Source: Botryllus schlosseri (Eukaryota). Taken from it: a stretch of 64,000 bases of DNA. The stretch covers positions 29,266,001-29,330,000 of the forward strand of contig CM119372.1 in NCBI GenBank assembly GCA_051294905.1, written 5' to 3'. Each line of letters starts with the position of its first letter. The stretch's first letter is position 1. Position numbers and translations under genes: made by a program. The notes below the pieces were generated by a model that was not told the DNA's origin, did not search any database, and saw nothing but the letters and a program-made list of their open reading frames with translations. This document shows positions 25,288 through 38,696 of the stretch, piece by piece.

Positions 25288-26632
25288 AGTATCGTTAAAT
25301 TAACCGTATCAAAGTAGATCTGAAGAAACAACTAACATAATCAACAGTTAATTTCAAATCGTAGGTCCAACTGGTCATGACAACGGCAGATATTGCACCG
25401 ATGAAACAAGTCAACTCATTACGCAGGGACTGTGCATACTAATATTAAACTGTAATAGTGTGTGTGGCCGTATATTATGAGTTATGACCTAGATGTAGAC
25501 CTGTACCACTCATATTGCAGTATCTCGTAGAATTTCAAAGACAAGTAATCTCATTCATTTGGACTGTCGTTCTTCTGTGGGGAATTCTTTTATTCCTGCT
25601 AGAAAATAAATCATATTTCATCAAATGTTTACATTTTCCTCATCAACAGTGACCGACCTTTGGCATAGTAGACTATAGACCAGGGTTGTCAAACATACGA
25701 CGCGCGGGCCTACACAAAACCGGAATCGCGACTAAGTAATGTAGAAGCAACAATTACAACGTCTGCGTTTCTAGTAAAATCTCTTGTAATCTTCAAAACG
25801 CATACGAAGGGTTGACGATAGTCTACTAGGGCTGCCACACGTCCGGAATTTCATCGAAATGACCGGAATTTCACTGCTTAAACTGCGTCCGGGAGGAAAT
25901 GCTGAAATATGCCCAAATGTCTGGAATTTCAAAGGCTTGACGGGAGCTGACATTTTTTCTCTCAAATCAACTCAAACAATATCTTATTTCGGAGAAGATT
26001 TATGCTACTTTAAACTTTTCTTCGCGCAATGCGCGAATTAGTGTCAGATTTGTTAATTATAGTATGGGTAGTAGCATTGGGTACCCATGACCCCGCAAGA
26101 GCTGCAAAAACAAATAATTCAAAAAAATAGCTATCATTTACCGTAAAAAGACTAATTGTAATCGAAATTTTAAGAGGACCATGTATTCCTAGTGTTGGTG
26201 AGGCCATTTGAATGCTTTAGTCAAATATAGTGTTTATCAAGCTTGATGTCGTTTAACCTTCTTTGCTTTATTTGGGAATTTACGAACGTTTACAGATCAC
26301 CTTATGATTCCCCAGGTCATTAAAGGTTCAGAAACACTGCTCTGGAGTAGCGGTTCTTAAACTGGGGTCCGCGGTCATCTTTGAGTCCAAGAGACAATTT
26401 TCTAGGCAGGAAGCACGTTACAAAATATTCAGATGATCCCAAAAAAAATTCCGTAATATTAAATATTTCAACCAACCTATTTTTAAACTAGACTCTGTGG
26501 TCAGACATTAGATCGTTAATGAACACGAATAAGAATATTTTGATGTAGAATTATTCGATTTTAAATTTGAGTCGCGCTTCACGCGCTTTATTGTCACAAA
26601 ATGTACATTATTTTACAGAAATACATTTACTA

Positions 26633-27796
26633 CAGTGACGTGCGGTGAGGTTCGTGGCTAGTGAGGCACCCCCCCCCCCCCCAACATACAAGAGCACAAG
26701 CACAAACACGTATGCACGTAACAATAGCGGCGGGCACAGGTACCATTTTCTGTGCACACTAATAGCCGTTGCAATTCCATATTTGACAATACATGTAGGA
26801 CTGGTTGCTATTGTGCTAAATGGGCAAGTTTAGACGGATAGTAATTACTATCTCTTCAAGTACCGGTATAAATTATTCGAAGCACATGAAAATAGCATTG
26901 TCAGTTGCAAATTTTTTCAGTAAAAAAAACACTAGATTTGCCGAATTTCGAAGGAAAATGTACTAGGCCAAGTCAAAATACACTAGATCTAGTGTAAAAA
27001 CACCAGGAGTGGCACCACTGACCAAACAACGACAACGCAGGCTATGTAAGTATAGCTATCACATACCACAATTAGGGGTTATAGCTAGTCGAACACAGCA
27101 TGAAGGACACAAGCAACGACAATGTAGCTTATGCAAGGAGCTACCACATACCACAATTTAACGTAGCTATGGATGGAAAATACATAACAGCTACATAAGT
27201 AAAGTAATGTATCGGCTCCGCATTGCGTATTGGCCGTCGCTACTATATAATTCCTAGCTACAAAACTGTTGGATTCCGGAATCGATTGTGCGTTCCACTG
27301 CGCTTCGATTGTCCAATTGTTAGCGAATAGTGCATGAGCCAGATTCGTTTGTGCCTCACCTGGCCTTTGTTTCTCTGCGATGGCATCGTCTGTAATAAAG
27401 CCGAATGTCACCTTTATTGGCGATTTTGAGGGGGTTCTGGTGCTCTGACACTGATAATATTTGGATTTTCGGAATCAGTGTGACGATAGCCTTTTATTGA
27501 TACCAGTTATTATGAATACCGAGCTATTTATGATGAATTGCATTGTCGCAGGTGAGGCACGACCCGCCCGTGCCTCACCTGTGCCTCACCTTACGTTTGG
27601 CGCTGTATTTTTGAATAATAATTATGGAGATTGATGATGTTGGGTGATAACAATGCTCAAATTTAGTTATTTATGAACATCGATGTAACACATCAATAAA
27701 TCCTCGACTCATCGAGGGTTTTCACGATTTTCACTTACTCACCCAGACGACAGGTGAGGCACTGCCTCACCTGCCTCATTGGACCGCACGTCACTG
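26633..27796. mobile_element. hAT (Tip100-like) element with TGCCTCACC repeats
   Basis: TIR CAGTGACGTGCGGT / ACCGCACGTCACTG. TSD ATTTACTA / ATCTACTA. Related left ends near 36488 and 50637. Confidence 0.8.
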
Positions 27797-28924
27797 ATCT
27801 ACTAGTATTCGGAGTTATGAGAGCATAGTGTTTCAGTATATGGAAATATTTTAGTTTATGGGTGCGAAACCTGTGGGTCTATCATCGGCATTTCCACGCC
27901 AAGACACACCGAAATATATGACAATTTGACCAAATACGACCTCACGAGAAGTGCGCTGCCAAAAAGATCACTGGCAGTAAATCTGTGTCCCAAAATTATC
28001 GTCGCATATTAACCGGATCCTTCGATATTAATATGTTCAAGAACCGAACAGTTCCTATCTGAGACCGAGGTGAGGTATGAGGCGGTACAAACGCGACCCG
28101 CGAAAGGAAATTATTGCTTCCCGTTTTCAAATTCGAATTAAAAATGAGTTTAAGTTTATTATGGTATGTGTGGGTGATTGCATTATCTTTGGAGTAGCAG
28201 CAATCAGTTCTTTTGTTCACGAAGTAACAACTTAATTCAACAAAGTGATTATTCAAAAATTATTCAAAATATTTGATATCTCAAAAAATCTTAGCGCTTC
28301 ACGCGAAAAGAAAATAACTGCACATTAATTTTCATAACACTAGTTATTTGTTGTTGTTGTATTCCTGGTGTTTACTGACTAATATGATCATTTACATCAG
28401 GCCGATATTTTTCATTTTTATTCCTTAATTCCCGACTTGTAGCACAGCCCACACCTAGGCTTTTTGTAAGACACTACTTGATGCTTACGAAACCTACAGA
28501 AACAAAGTTATAAATCTTGCGTTTGCATTCAGGTATTTCGGCTCGTTCGTGAAACGCTTCTGTAAGGCGGATATACAACGGATAGTGATGAAATTAACAG
28601 TGGAGGTAAGAGGGATCTGATAGATCGCTCTATGAGGGTCAAGACCATTGTTTTCGGGGATCGGATGGGATTCACGATATAAGAATTGCGCTCCCAAAAT
28701 CGCAACCAAACATAGCCGAGCTGGTCGCAGAAAATTGGCTACACATGTCACATTGAAATTATAAAATCAACCGTGTTATTTGTTGTTGATTTTGTAATGA
28801 ACAGTGAGTAATTCAGAAAATCACTAAGGGACCGTTCCGTCAATTTTGGTAGATGGAATTGCCGACTCTTGCGGGCAATATTAAACCTGATTGATAGGTT
28901 AACAAAGTGATGTTTTGGTGCTGT

Positions 28925-29347
28925 TAGGGTTATTATATGTCTTTTTTTTAAGAGGATTTGTCCACTTTTGTGACTTTTATGAAATTGTCCTAGGAGTACG
29001 CCTAAATTGTCCTATTTTTTGGGAATTTGTCCTCTTTTTTGAGAATTCTTGTTGAATGTACGTGGAAATTGGACTGATATATGGGAAATCAGCGTCCAAG
29101 TAACTTTCCGACGTGATTCCGGGACTTAAGTCAGAAAAATGACCTTTATTATTATTATTTTTTAGTCAGCCAACGGAAAATCTGATAGAAATGGATAATT
29201 CAGGTTTTGAGCTGGAAAGTTGTCCTTTTTTGTTAGTCAACCGACCACAAAGTCGGGAAATATTTACCATTTTCCCGTATTTTACTCCAGTATTGTAACT
29301 CTGAAAACTTCGAAAAAGTGTCACATTCCCAAAATATGGTAACCCTA
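28925..29347. mobile_element. hAT (Blackjack-like) MITE
   Basis: TAGGGTTA...GGTAACCCTA termini with TGTCC motifs. Relatives at 52501-52664 and 59462-59828. Confidence 0.65.
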
Positions 29348-29350
29348 AGT

Positions 29351-30234
29351 CAGGGACGGGCAACATAAGGCCCGCGGGGCGGATCTGGCCGGCGAAGGTT
29401 TTTTTTTCGGCCCGCAGACAGTTTTCCACCTTACATGATAATGTGGCCCGCGGCCCCAGTCTGCCGAAATTCCCCACTACTTGCTTACTACGTCAAGTAT
29501 TAGTGAATATATGTTATTATACACGTGTATGTACATTGTATAGGGTAGGCGCAGCGAGCGAGGGTTGAGCTTACGCGTAAGTTCGTCAAAGTGAGAAGAC
29601 TTGCATTATCGGCATTTACGATGTACTCAACCATAATGTCGTTTGTGGTAATCATCGTGTTTGTCGACTGCAGTGGTCATTCACACCAGGCCAATATTTC
29701 CTATTTTTGATTCCGTAACCGCCGACTTGTGGAACAGTACAGTTCTAGGCTTTTTTAAGACACCGCTTATGCCAGGGGTCACCAACTCAAAACGGGTCGC
29801 GGCTCGCAGGTTACTTTTCAAATTTCGTAGAGGCCGCGGGTCGCATGAATTTAATATCGAGATAAAATAGGACACACAGTTGAACAACGATGCTATCTCG
29901 TCACCTACTCAACCCTAATGAAGTAATATTTTGGTAAATTTGGGGTACCGGGCTTATCGAAAACCTTGCACTGTGTGTTGATTGATCAGAGTGAAGCAGA
30001 CATGGCGGTGCTTGTATGACAATGCCGTTCTCAAATCTGCATTGTCTGCGACATTACTGGCGAGAAATGGCTTTGAAGTGACATTGCTGTCGTTAAAATA
30101 CATTCATTAAGTACGATTTATTCCTTGTACATGTGGATAAATGGGCGAATAACGTATCGATTCAGCAATCCGACCCGCCAAGTACTTAATTTCCCTATAT
30201 CCGGCCCGCCGACTGGAGAAGTTGCCGGTCCCTG
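29351..30234. mobile_element. hAT MITE with nested fragments
   Basis: CAGGGACGGGCAAC / GTTGCCGGTCCCTG. TSD CCCTAAGT / CCCTAGGA. Confidence 0.7.
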
Positions 30235-30846
30235 CCCTAGGACCTGTACAATTGCATAAATTAGTCAATTGTATACTCAAGTTACATTGTTTTAGTTTTG
30301 TGTGAAATCAAATCTATTTTTTTCACCCTGTTGGTGCGAAGTTTTTTTGTGCATCAACAATATATAGTAATTTATTGGAAGTGTAGATAATGTATAATAA
30401 TGTATAATGCAATGTTTTTGGAGTCTTCGAAGGCTTACAGATTAATGTTGTGGTTCCTCGGATTGTTAAAAGTTTAGACTCCCTGTACTAGACAGAATAA
30501 GATACTCTCGCGCAAATAGTAAGCCAGAATATACTGAAGAAATGCTGTTTCGGCCCGAAATTCTGTCCCTTCAAGAGTCCCTTCAATTGTTTTGCAATAT
30601 ATATTCATTATATAGTTTTAGTCCTGCGTTAAATCATATTTTCATGTTTTTGTAATATACTGATAGTGCATTAGGTGTGTAGTTGGATGAGTAATGTTGT
30701 GGATTTTTGTTTGTGTGTCTCAGCAATTATTTGAGCGTACCCAAAGGCTTACAGATGACTGCTATGGGTCTCCGGGGTACTAAAGTATTAAAGGATAAGA
30801 ACCACTACTCTTGACGGAATAATAACTGAATCTTTTGATATATTAA

Positions 30847-31810
30847 CCCTTTTAATGGGGGGGGGGGGTCACTGTTGACCCAAGTTCAAGTTCATCTTTC
30901 AAATTCTCTAAATATATATGTCCTAGCGGACTGCTTTTGGCTTCTATGGAAAGCCAGCTGTCTTCTGATTTATATGATATTTAATTTGGCGGTATAGGGC
31001 ATGACAATTTTTGAATACCGACGATCTGACATGAGGAGTTCGGCCGAAAATACGCATGCCTAGAATTTCCAGATATTTTCCGAGTAGGAAATACAGTCAG
31101 AAATTCTGCCAGAACATCAGAAGTCGACTTGTACGGCATTCTGTGTATTTTTTTCACCGTTTCGAACATCAGACTTTGTTCTGGGGGGGTTTCTGAGAGA
31201 TTTTGGTAATTATGGTCACGCTTCAGTGATTTTCAAGAACATAATCGAGTTCAAGTTCAAGTTTGTGACGGAATACGAGTCACAAACTGGTTTCCTATGC
31301 CTGGAAATGGTTGGATATGACAAGAGAAAGTATGCCAGATTGTTTCGTGCCATTAACTTGGCGGTAGGGGTCCGACTCGGTATTGATCTTCAACTTGACC
31401 ATTATGACCACGCACTGACCACGACCATATGTAAATTTTTCATGTATTTTTGATTTTACGATATCTGGCGAGCCGTGCGGTTTACGGTCATGGTTGACGG
31501 CTTGTTTGAAACCAGGCAACGGTGGCTTCGCTCTGAGGCATCATTTTTGACTCTCTGACGCTATCCTGGGGGCCTGTCTGGAAAAATGAGAGAGAGAAAG
31601 AGATTTTTCAGAGAAAAAGTTTGTTTATTTAGTCTTATAAAAAAAACTCTAGACATGTCATGGGGTGTCGATCGGGGGTGGAAACGGTAGAAGGCTTTAT
31701 TCTGCCCACTTTTAAACTGGAACAGCTCAGATTAAACTCTTGGTGAGGTCACAGTATGAATTTGAAAAGTGATAGTCAGTTCTGCAAAATCTGACCCCCC
31801 ATCAAAAGGG
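30847..31810. mobile_element. piggyBac non-autonomous element
   Basis: TTAA on both flanks. TIR CCCTTTT(A/G)ATGGGGGG..TCA / TGACCCCCCATCAAAAGGG. Confidence 0.85.
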
Positions 31811-31874
31811 TTAAGCCTGAATAGGGCAAGACGATTTGCTAACATTGTCGAAATTACTGGTATACATACATACT

Positions 31875-32990
31875 GATCACAATACTAGCTATCTTTGCAA
31901 TTGTTCAAGGATGCTAACAGTTCTGGCTCATAGCTTTCACTATCTAGCCATGAGCGGCTTCAACTCTTTATATATATATGTACGCCGCATACAACTATAT
32001 GTGGAAGGTCGCGCTTTTGTCACACCGAACCGGAATTATGATGCGTCTGAAAGACTGGAAGCGATAACAATCCGTAAACTGACAAAGCTTACGTTTCAAC
32101 ACAGGAATTTCGTTGGTGGCGCACTATTTATTGATCATCTAACAATCGATTTTAGACCTGCTTTTGTGGTAATGGTGAACGAGCAATGCAATACAATACC
32201 AGAGAAATATGATCATTTAGCTTCACGAAACAAGAGTAGTGACTGTTTTCAATCTCCTTCTAATATACATAAGATTTCCGCATATCTGAGTTAATTAGAC
32301 ACATCTGCTGGAACTTGATAAGGTCCCTTTGTTTTTTATAGACAGTCATGATGCTGTTTCCACCGCACATGGCTCTTTTTAATCAATCAATCAACTGACA
32401 GATTATATGTTCATCTGCCCAAGACACACACATAATGTACAATGCGATATACATGACACACAATGCGATGTAATGAACAGATAGGGGATGCCGAACGACC
32501 AACCAGTTGGGGTCTCTTAAACTGGCATCCACCTCGACCTAGTGCCTGATGTCACAATCTTCTTCGATGTGATATTCTTTCTTCGTCGGTCCCTTTTAGA
32601 AGATATTTCTCGCTATTTTTCTTTATTTATCGGGTCCGTTTTCTGGGCTTTTCTGTCGCCGTAAGAACAACGACACGGGGGACGAGGAGCTCAGAATAAC
32701 CTCCGACGGCGGGAATCGAGCCCACGACGCCTGCTTGGATGGCACCACTACGCTATCTCCTCCATTTTATTTTGGCGTATGGCTGGCTCTCTGATAAATA
32801 TAAATTGACAATCATCAAATGGCAGGAATCGCAATCAAATGTAATTTTCAGTATGAATTTACATTCATCATGGTTGCTGCATGGTTTACGTCGCATTTCA
32901 TCGTGGCGTGACTACAACTTAATGACCGGTATGAGGTAGATCGCAGTCATTCTACATTCCACCTTTCGAATGTAGGTGGCTGGTAGGAGT
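31875..32990 (+). repeat. Unclassified interspersed repeat, family C (copy 1, interrupted by a reverse SINE ending ~32760)
   Basis: Alignable by eye with 40161-40855 (reverse) and 52288-53980, e.g. ttctggctc(a/g)cagctttcac, gagtagtgactgttttca, ttgacaat(c/t)atcaaatggcaggaa. Confidence 0.7.
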
Positions 32991-35900
32991 CGGTTATCCC
33001 GTCTAGAACAGTGGTTAATAACCTTTAATAACCTGAGGAACCCTTACGTTAATCTGCAAGATTAGTAGATCTCCAAATAGTAGCTGAGACACAAAAGCAA
33101 AAATCGAGCATAATACACACGTAACTAAACTTCTAATATAGATCACTATAGATTACTGATGCACGAAATGAACTCTGCATCAATTCAACATAGTGTTAAT
33201 TGGACAATATCAAATATGAAGCTTGGGAACCACTGACATAAACTGTGTCATATTGCGCCTATATTTTCAATTGTAATTACCAAAGAGTAATATAACAATG
33301 TATTAAGCTGGGCGTCATATTTGTGGATTGTGAGTGCCATATTTTCTCTAAAAAACTGATGGGATTTTATATCCAGGGCTCTGAAGTTGAAGTCTGAGTG
33401 TCATCGTTGGAGGCACAACAAAGACATAGTAACACAATCGAAATTCGATTCTTATGCTTTCATAGCGGTGATTATACGTTAGTAATTCATGCTGTTAGTC
33501 AATTAAGGTGAATCAAAGTATCCTAAGAACGTGAAATCAATGAATAGGGCAGGGCAGGGCCGTAAAAGCATTTCGTCAGCCCCCTCCCCCACCAATCCCC
33601 CAAAAAAACGTTGGTATTAGGCCGACCCATATAAGTTGATATCCCCCGAGACCCTCCTCTATACGATTGTTATTATCACTACTTCTGAGAGGGATTTCTT
33701 ATATTCAGTAGTCAACAAAGAGTACGTGCCCAGATCGTGCGAGCTGCGAAAACTTTCTATAATTCATGATTGAATAGGTTAATAATATTGCTAATTGCAT
33801 AGATATTGCTATAAATTTTGTAACTCTCAGCTAATGTAGCACCATGTAACAAAAATTTAGTTAAGCCGATATTTTGATATTTTCATATATAATATTCCTT
33901 GGTACCAGGGCCATAACAGCACTTCTTGGGCCCCGCTAAAACGTTGGTCTTGGGCCCCCCATAGGGTGATAAACCGGACATATGGGGGGATTCGCCCCCC
34001 AGACCCCCCTCAGGCTCTACGCTATTTCGGCTACTTATCATCAAGATCAGTGGCTCCCAACGTGGGCGATATCGCCTCCCAGGGGTCGATTTGTCGGTCC
34101 AGGGGGGGCGAAAATAGCGAAAGGGGTGATAGGGGGCGAAAACAGACGAAGGGGGCGATAGGGGGCGATGGCGCGTTGAAATGGCTATATTGGCGTCCAT
34201 GACCGTAACCGCCACACCAAAACCCCCAATTTAGATGGGGGGCCCGAGCTCGAAGGGGTCCACAATTTTTTCGTGAATTAACATTAATTAGAGTGTATTA
34301 TTTTGGAAATTCAGGCAACTTTTTCAAAAAAAATTCGCGCTTCGCGCCATTTCGTGGTAACGTATTTCTTGCTTATTGGATACCCTTCCTCCAAGGAATA
34401 ATACGCATGAGGTATAGAAATGGTCATCTCGGCGTTAGCCATTATCACACCATGATGCAGCAAGACATATGAAGTTTCAGGCCATGTAACATGCGACTCC
34501 GAGAAGTGTGCCAGAACGAGAAAACCTTGGCGGAAAAGGACTGCCTTTATGCTGACCGACTTCGATATATATACGATATACATAGACTATATATTTAATT
34601 GTCCATAGGCGCCTAAATGGCTGACGTCAAATGTTCCTGTCCTGGCAATCAGAACCCCACAAAAAACGCCATCTCGCAGAGAAAAATTAATTGACAGTGC
34701 AGAAATACCAATTTGGAATCGTGTGCGTCTTTTAGTTTAGTACGTAAAGGCGATTTGAATATCTTTTGACATAGCAGACAGGCCACGAAATGCCATTACG
34801 TAACGAAGTCGTTATACCCACGGGTCCGCCCGAATATGATGAATTATTATTTACGCGCCTTACATTTTTCACGACACCTCACTATACTTTACCGGTAAAT
34901 CTGAATACATGAGCAGAGAGAGGATAAAAAAATTACCAGCAATTATATGCAATTCCCGATCATATTGACCGATTCAATCATGAATGATAAAAGTTTTTCG
35001 CGCCTCGCGCGAATCAAGCCGATTAACTAAGAGTCCAACAATTTGTACTGAGAAGTAACGGTAAAGAGGTATCGGGAGAGTTGGGTCTGAGGGGTGCAGA
35101 AGTTTGCTTTATCGCCCTATGGAGGGGGTCAAGACCAACATATTGGGGGGGGGGGGACGAAGTGCTGTTACAGTCCTATTGGAATCAAGTCGGAGAAATC
35201 AACTTTTTTGTTATTCAACTCACCAAAATTTAGCTGGAAAATTGTAATTTCGAGGTCGAGCCGAAAAAATGACATTTTTCCTAGTCGACTCGCCGGTGAT
35301 TTCAGTCTGTATGCATATTTTTCGGTTCCCAATATTTGGGGGGCGATGAGTCGAAAAAGGTTGGGAACCACTGATCTAGATTAAGTGTGAGTAACATTGT
35401 CTCGTCTAACCGCGGCAAGCGCGAAATTTTTTTAAATTAATGGTTGAATCGGTCAGTATGATCGAGATTGCATGTATATTGCTATCAATTTTTATCCTTT
35501 CTCTGCTCTCGTATTAAGATTTACCGGTAGAGCGGAATGAGGTGGGTTTGAAAAGGTAGGACCACTCAATAATAATAATTAAACATATTCGGGCGTATAC
35601 ATGTAGGAAGGAACGAACACAGCACTTCGTCAGACCCCAAAAGAACTTGGGTCTTGGGCTCCCATATGGTGATAAACCGACTGTCCCCCCTCCATCACGT
35701 TGTTCGCTTTTTCCACGTAATTAATAGTACTGTTTAGTGAGCACGCGCCAGGCGTGAAAATTTTCAATGATCGATAATAAAATCGGTCAATAAGATCGAG
35801 AATTGCTATCAATTTCTTGTCCTCTCTGCTCGCCCCCCCCCAATTGGGGGGTTTGGGTGCGGCAGTTACGGTCCTGCTTAGTGCAACATGGTTCTGGCAT

Positions 35901-36143
35901 TTATTTGCATCAGGTGTCGTTTAAGTGTTGCCGACCAATACGTTGATTGCCTATACCCTCCGCAAGGCTACTGAGCAAAATATATATAGACAAATTTGAT
36001 ACTTTCCGACAAAGGCTGAATATAGATAAAGGATGTATGTCTCACTACACCATGAATGCTTGACTTGACATCTTTTGTGCATGTGAATTACCCTATAAAC
36101 ACCTTATCCAAACCTAATTTTAGGAACACAGCTTCTTGTATGC

Positions 36144-37374
36144 AAGAGGTCGGGAACCTTTTGAGCCATATAGGTCGTATTTTTTTTATTTTAACTTTCA
36201 AAGAGCCATACAGGTCAATCAACTGTTACGTCACAATTAAAATTCGTAGCCCTAATTCTAGCTATATGGGATTCGTCGTTTGCGCCACATTTTCTCCGTA
36301 AAAACTCATATTGGTCATGCTGGTTGCCTTATTTAAGCTTAATCTTTAAACTTGTGTTACGAGAACGTATAGGTTGGTCGTTATGCTACTTCATATGCGA
36401 GAACATCACATGATCACATGGGTAGGTGGAGCGAAACATGTTCACTACAACAGTATATATCCATACCCAGTCTTAGCTGTGATACATCAGTGACGTCGGG
36501 TCAGGGGAAGCAAGTGAGCCTCAACTGTCGTCAGATGAGTAAACGAAAATTGTGAAACGTTCAATTACTAGTGGTATTTTTTATCGATTTTCAGTTCATG
36601 AATGACAAGATTATCATCATTTTTCTCCGAAAATCACACAATTTGCATATATATAGTTCGAAAATAAATCGCAAATCGAAAGGTAGGCCTACGGCCGCAA
36701 GGTCTGGTCAAGCTTCGCCATTGGTAAACAATTCATCGTGAATAGCTTTCAATTTATTGTAACTGATATTAACCGAATGAAACTGTATAGCGATTCCGAA
36801 AATCTAAATATATACTGGTCGACTTCTCAATTTTGAAAGAACACGGCAGTGACATAACGTTGCGCTACACGCCTGCAATCGCCGGTACTACAGAGCTACT
36901 CACCAATCAAGAACGTGGATACTATGACGTTGTTTGTCATTCGAGTTTGTAATTGTGAACGTAACGTACACGGCAGCTCATTTCGCGACGTAGATCAGGA
37001 AGACTAGATGCGTATTTGAAAACTGCGTTGTCATTTGAACGTCGCCTTGACTGCTATTCTCTCTGATCAATCAACGTCTCGTCCAATCCAAGATTTCGAG
37101 TCGGCTACATCAAATTGGCGAGTGATATTGGCTGCTGGCGCGGCAGCAACTTGAATTTGAGGATTTTGAAAGAGGGGCTCGAGCCCCTAAACCTGAATAC
37201 GGCATTGCATTTGCCTCTCAAAGACATGATTATACTGTCACGGTAATAATTATTCTGGCCGTGATGAAAATTTACTAAAAAGTTGCTGCAATATTAGTCA
37301 ATTCAATACAAAAATATAGTATCTGGCAAAGAGCCATATCTCATACCAAAAGAGCCATAGGTTCCCGACCACTG
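36144..37374. mobile_element. hAT MITE with nested fragments
   Basis: AAGAGGTCGGGAACC / GGTTCCCGACCACTG. AAAGAGCCATA motifs. TSD TTGTATGC / CTGTATAC. Confidence 0.65.
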
Positions 37375-37536
37375 CTGTATACATTTCGAATATAAACTTG
37401 ATATTAGTGTCTATGACGTCATAAAGCAGGGTACGCGACTTTGGAATCTAAAAATTCTTATTCCCTGTGATGTCATTATATGCACATGTTCAAATTGAAA
37501 ATCTCTTTGCGTTGCGCTTTTTGTGTTACTTTCGCT

Positions 37537-37578
37537 TTAACACCCGATGAAGGAGCGGCGCTCCGAAAGCTCGTGTAA
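37537..37578 (+). ncRNA. Minimal type I hammerhead ribozyme-like motif (Penelope-like element terminal-repeat relic)
   Basis: acac-CCGATGA-A-GGAGC(ggc)GCTCC-GAAA-GC-TC-gtgt: stem I acac/gtgt, 5-bp stem II, palindromic AGCT stem III, then AATAAA. The core has U4->C. Confidence 0.6.
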
Positions 37579-38696
37579 CTAATAAAGTTATATTCATTCG
37601 CAAGTGGACGTTAAATAGGGTGTGAAAGTTACCAAGGTTTTAAGTTTATATATATCGTCTGCTATCGGCGCAACAAATCATTAAACTAAAAAAAGCACAC
37701 GATCCAAAATTGTTATCCCTTTACTGGCAAATAAGAATTTTCGAGATATCGTTTTTCCTGTGGGGTTCAGATTGCCACGGCAGGAAGATTCCGCGCCAGC
37801 CATTCAATAACCTGGACAATTCAACATATTTAAATCAAAGTTTACGGTTTTCGGCCAAGGTTTTCTAGCTGACGATATTTTCGGCACACTTCTCGGAGTC
37901 TCATGCTGGTCCAAACTTCATACGGCTTCGTATATCGTGGCTTGGTAATGTCCGACGCTCAAATGCCTATTTCAATAGATAGACCATGCGTATTCTTTTG
38001 TGGCCAATAATCAAAACAGTTCGGAACTTTAAATCACGCGCGTCAGGAAAAAATTTAAAAACTTGCATACATTTTCAAAAGAATAACGTACACTTCATGT
38101 TCATTCATAAAATGATATATGGCCCCATTCGAGCTCGTTTATTTGGGTTTTGGGTGTGGCAGTCCTGACTGTTGGGATATGTGTCTCTTAGTAGGCAGTG
38201 TTGCCTTAATCCTGCAATATTAGCCTATATTCTGGTTCGTTCTAGTAACAATTCGACGTTTCAAAACATCACGAGATTGCAATGAAATAAAAAGATAGAA
38301 AGTTGTCAAAACGAACCGGAATGTGCATTAGGGTTATGACTAGAAAAAAATTTCAAAATTTTGTGTGTCCTGTAGTCACAAATGATGAGCTTTTGTGTCC
38401 TGATTTCAAAACTCACAAAAGTTAAGACTGTTTGAACAAAAACCTCCTGCACAAAAATTTTCCAGTTTTCACTGTATGGAGGATAGGCTTTCTTTTATAG
38501 ATACAGACTATATAATTCAATTATCGACTGATTTGGATTTAACTGACCCAATTCCAATTGCGAAGATTTAAAATAGTATTTTGGTACATTTTGATCGCCC
38601 AGATTGAATTATTCCTATCGTGTTCTTGTTTACAGTCAATATTAAATAATTATTAAATAATTAATAATTCCGATTTTAGATGTAGACTGTATATAG

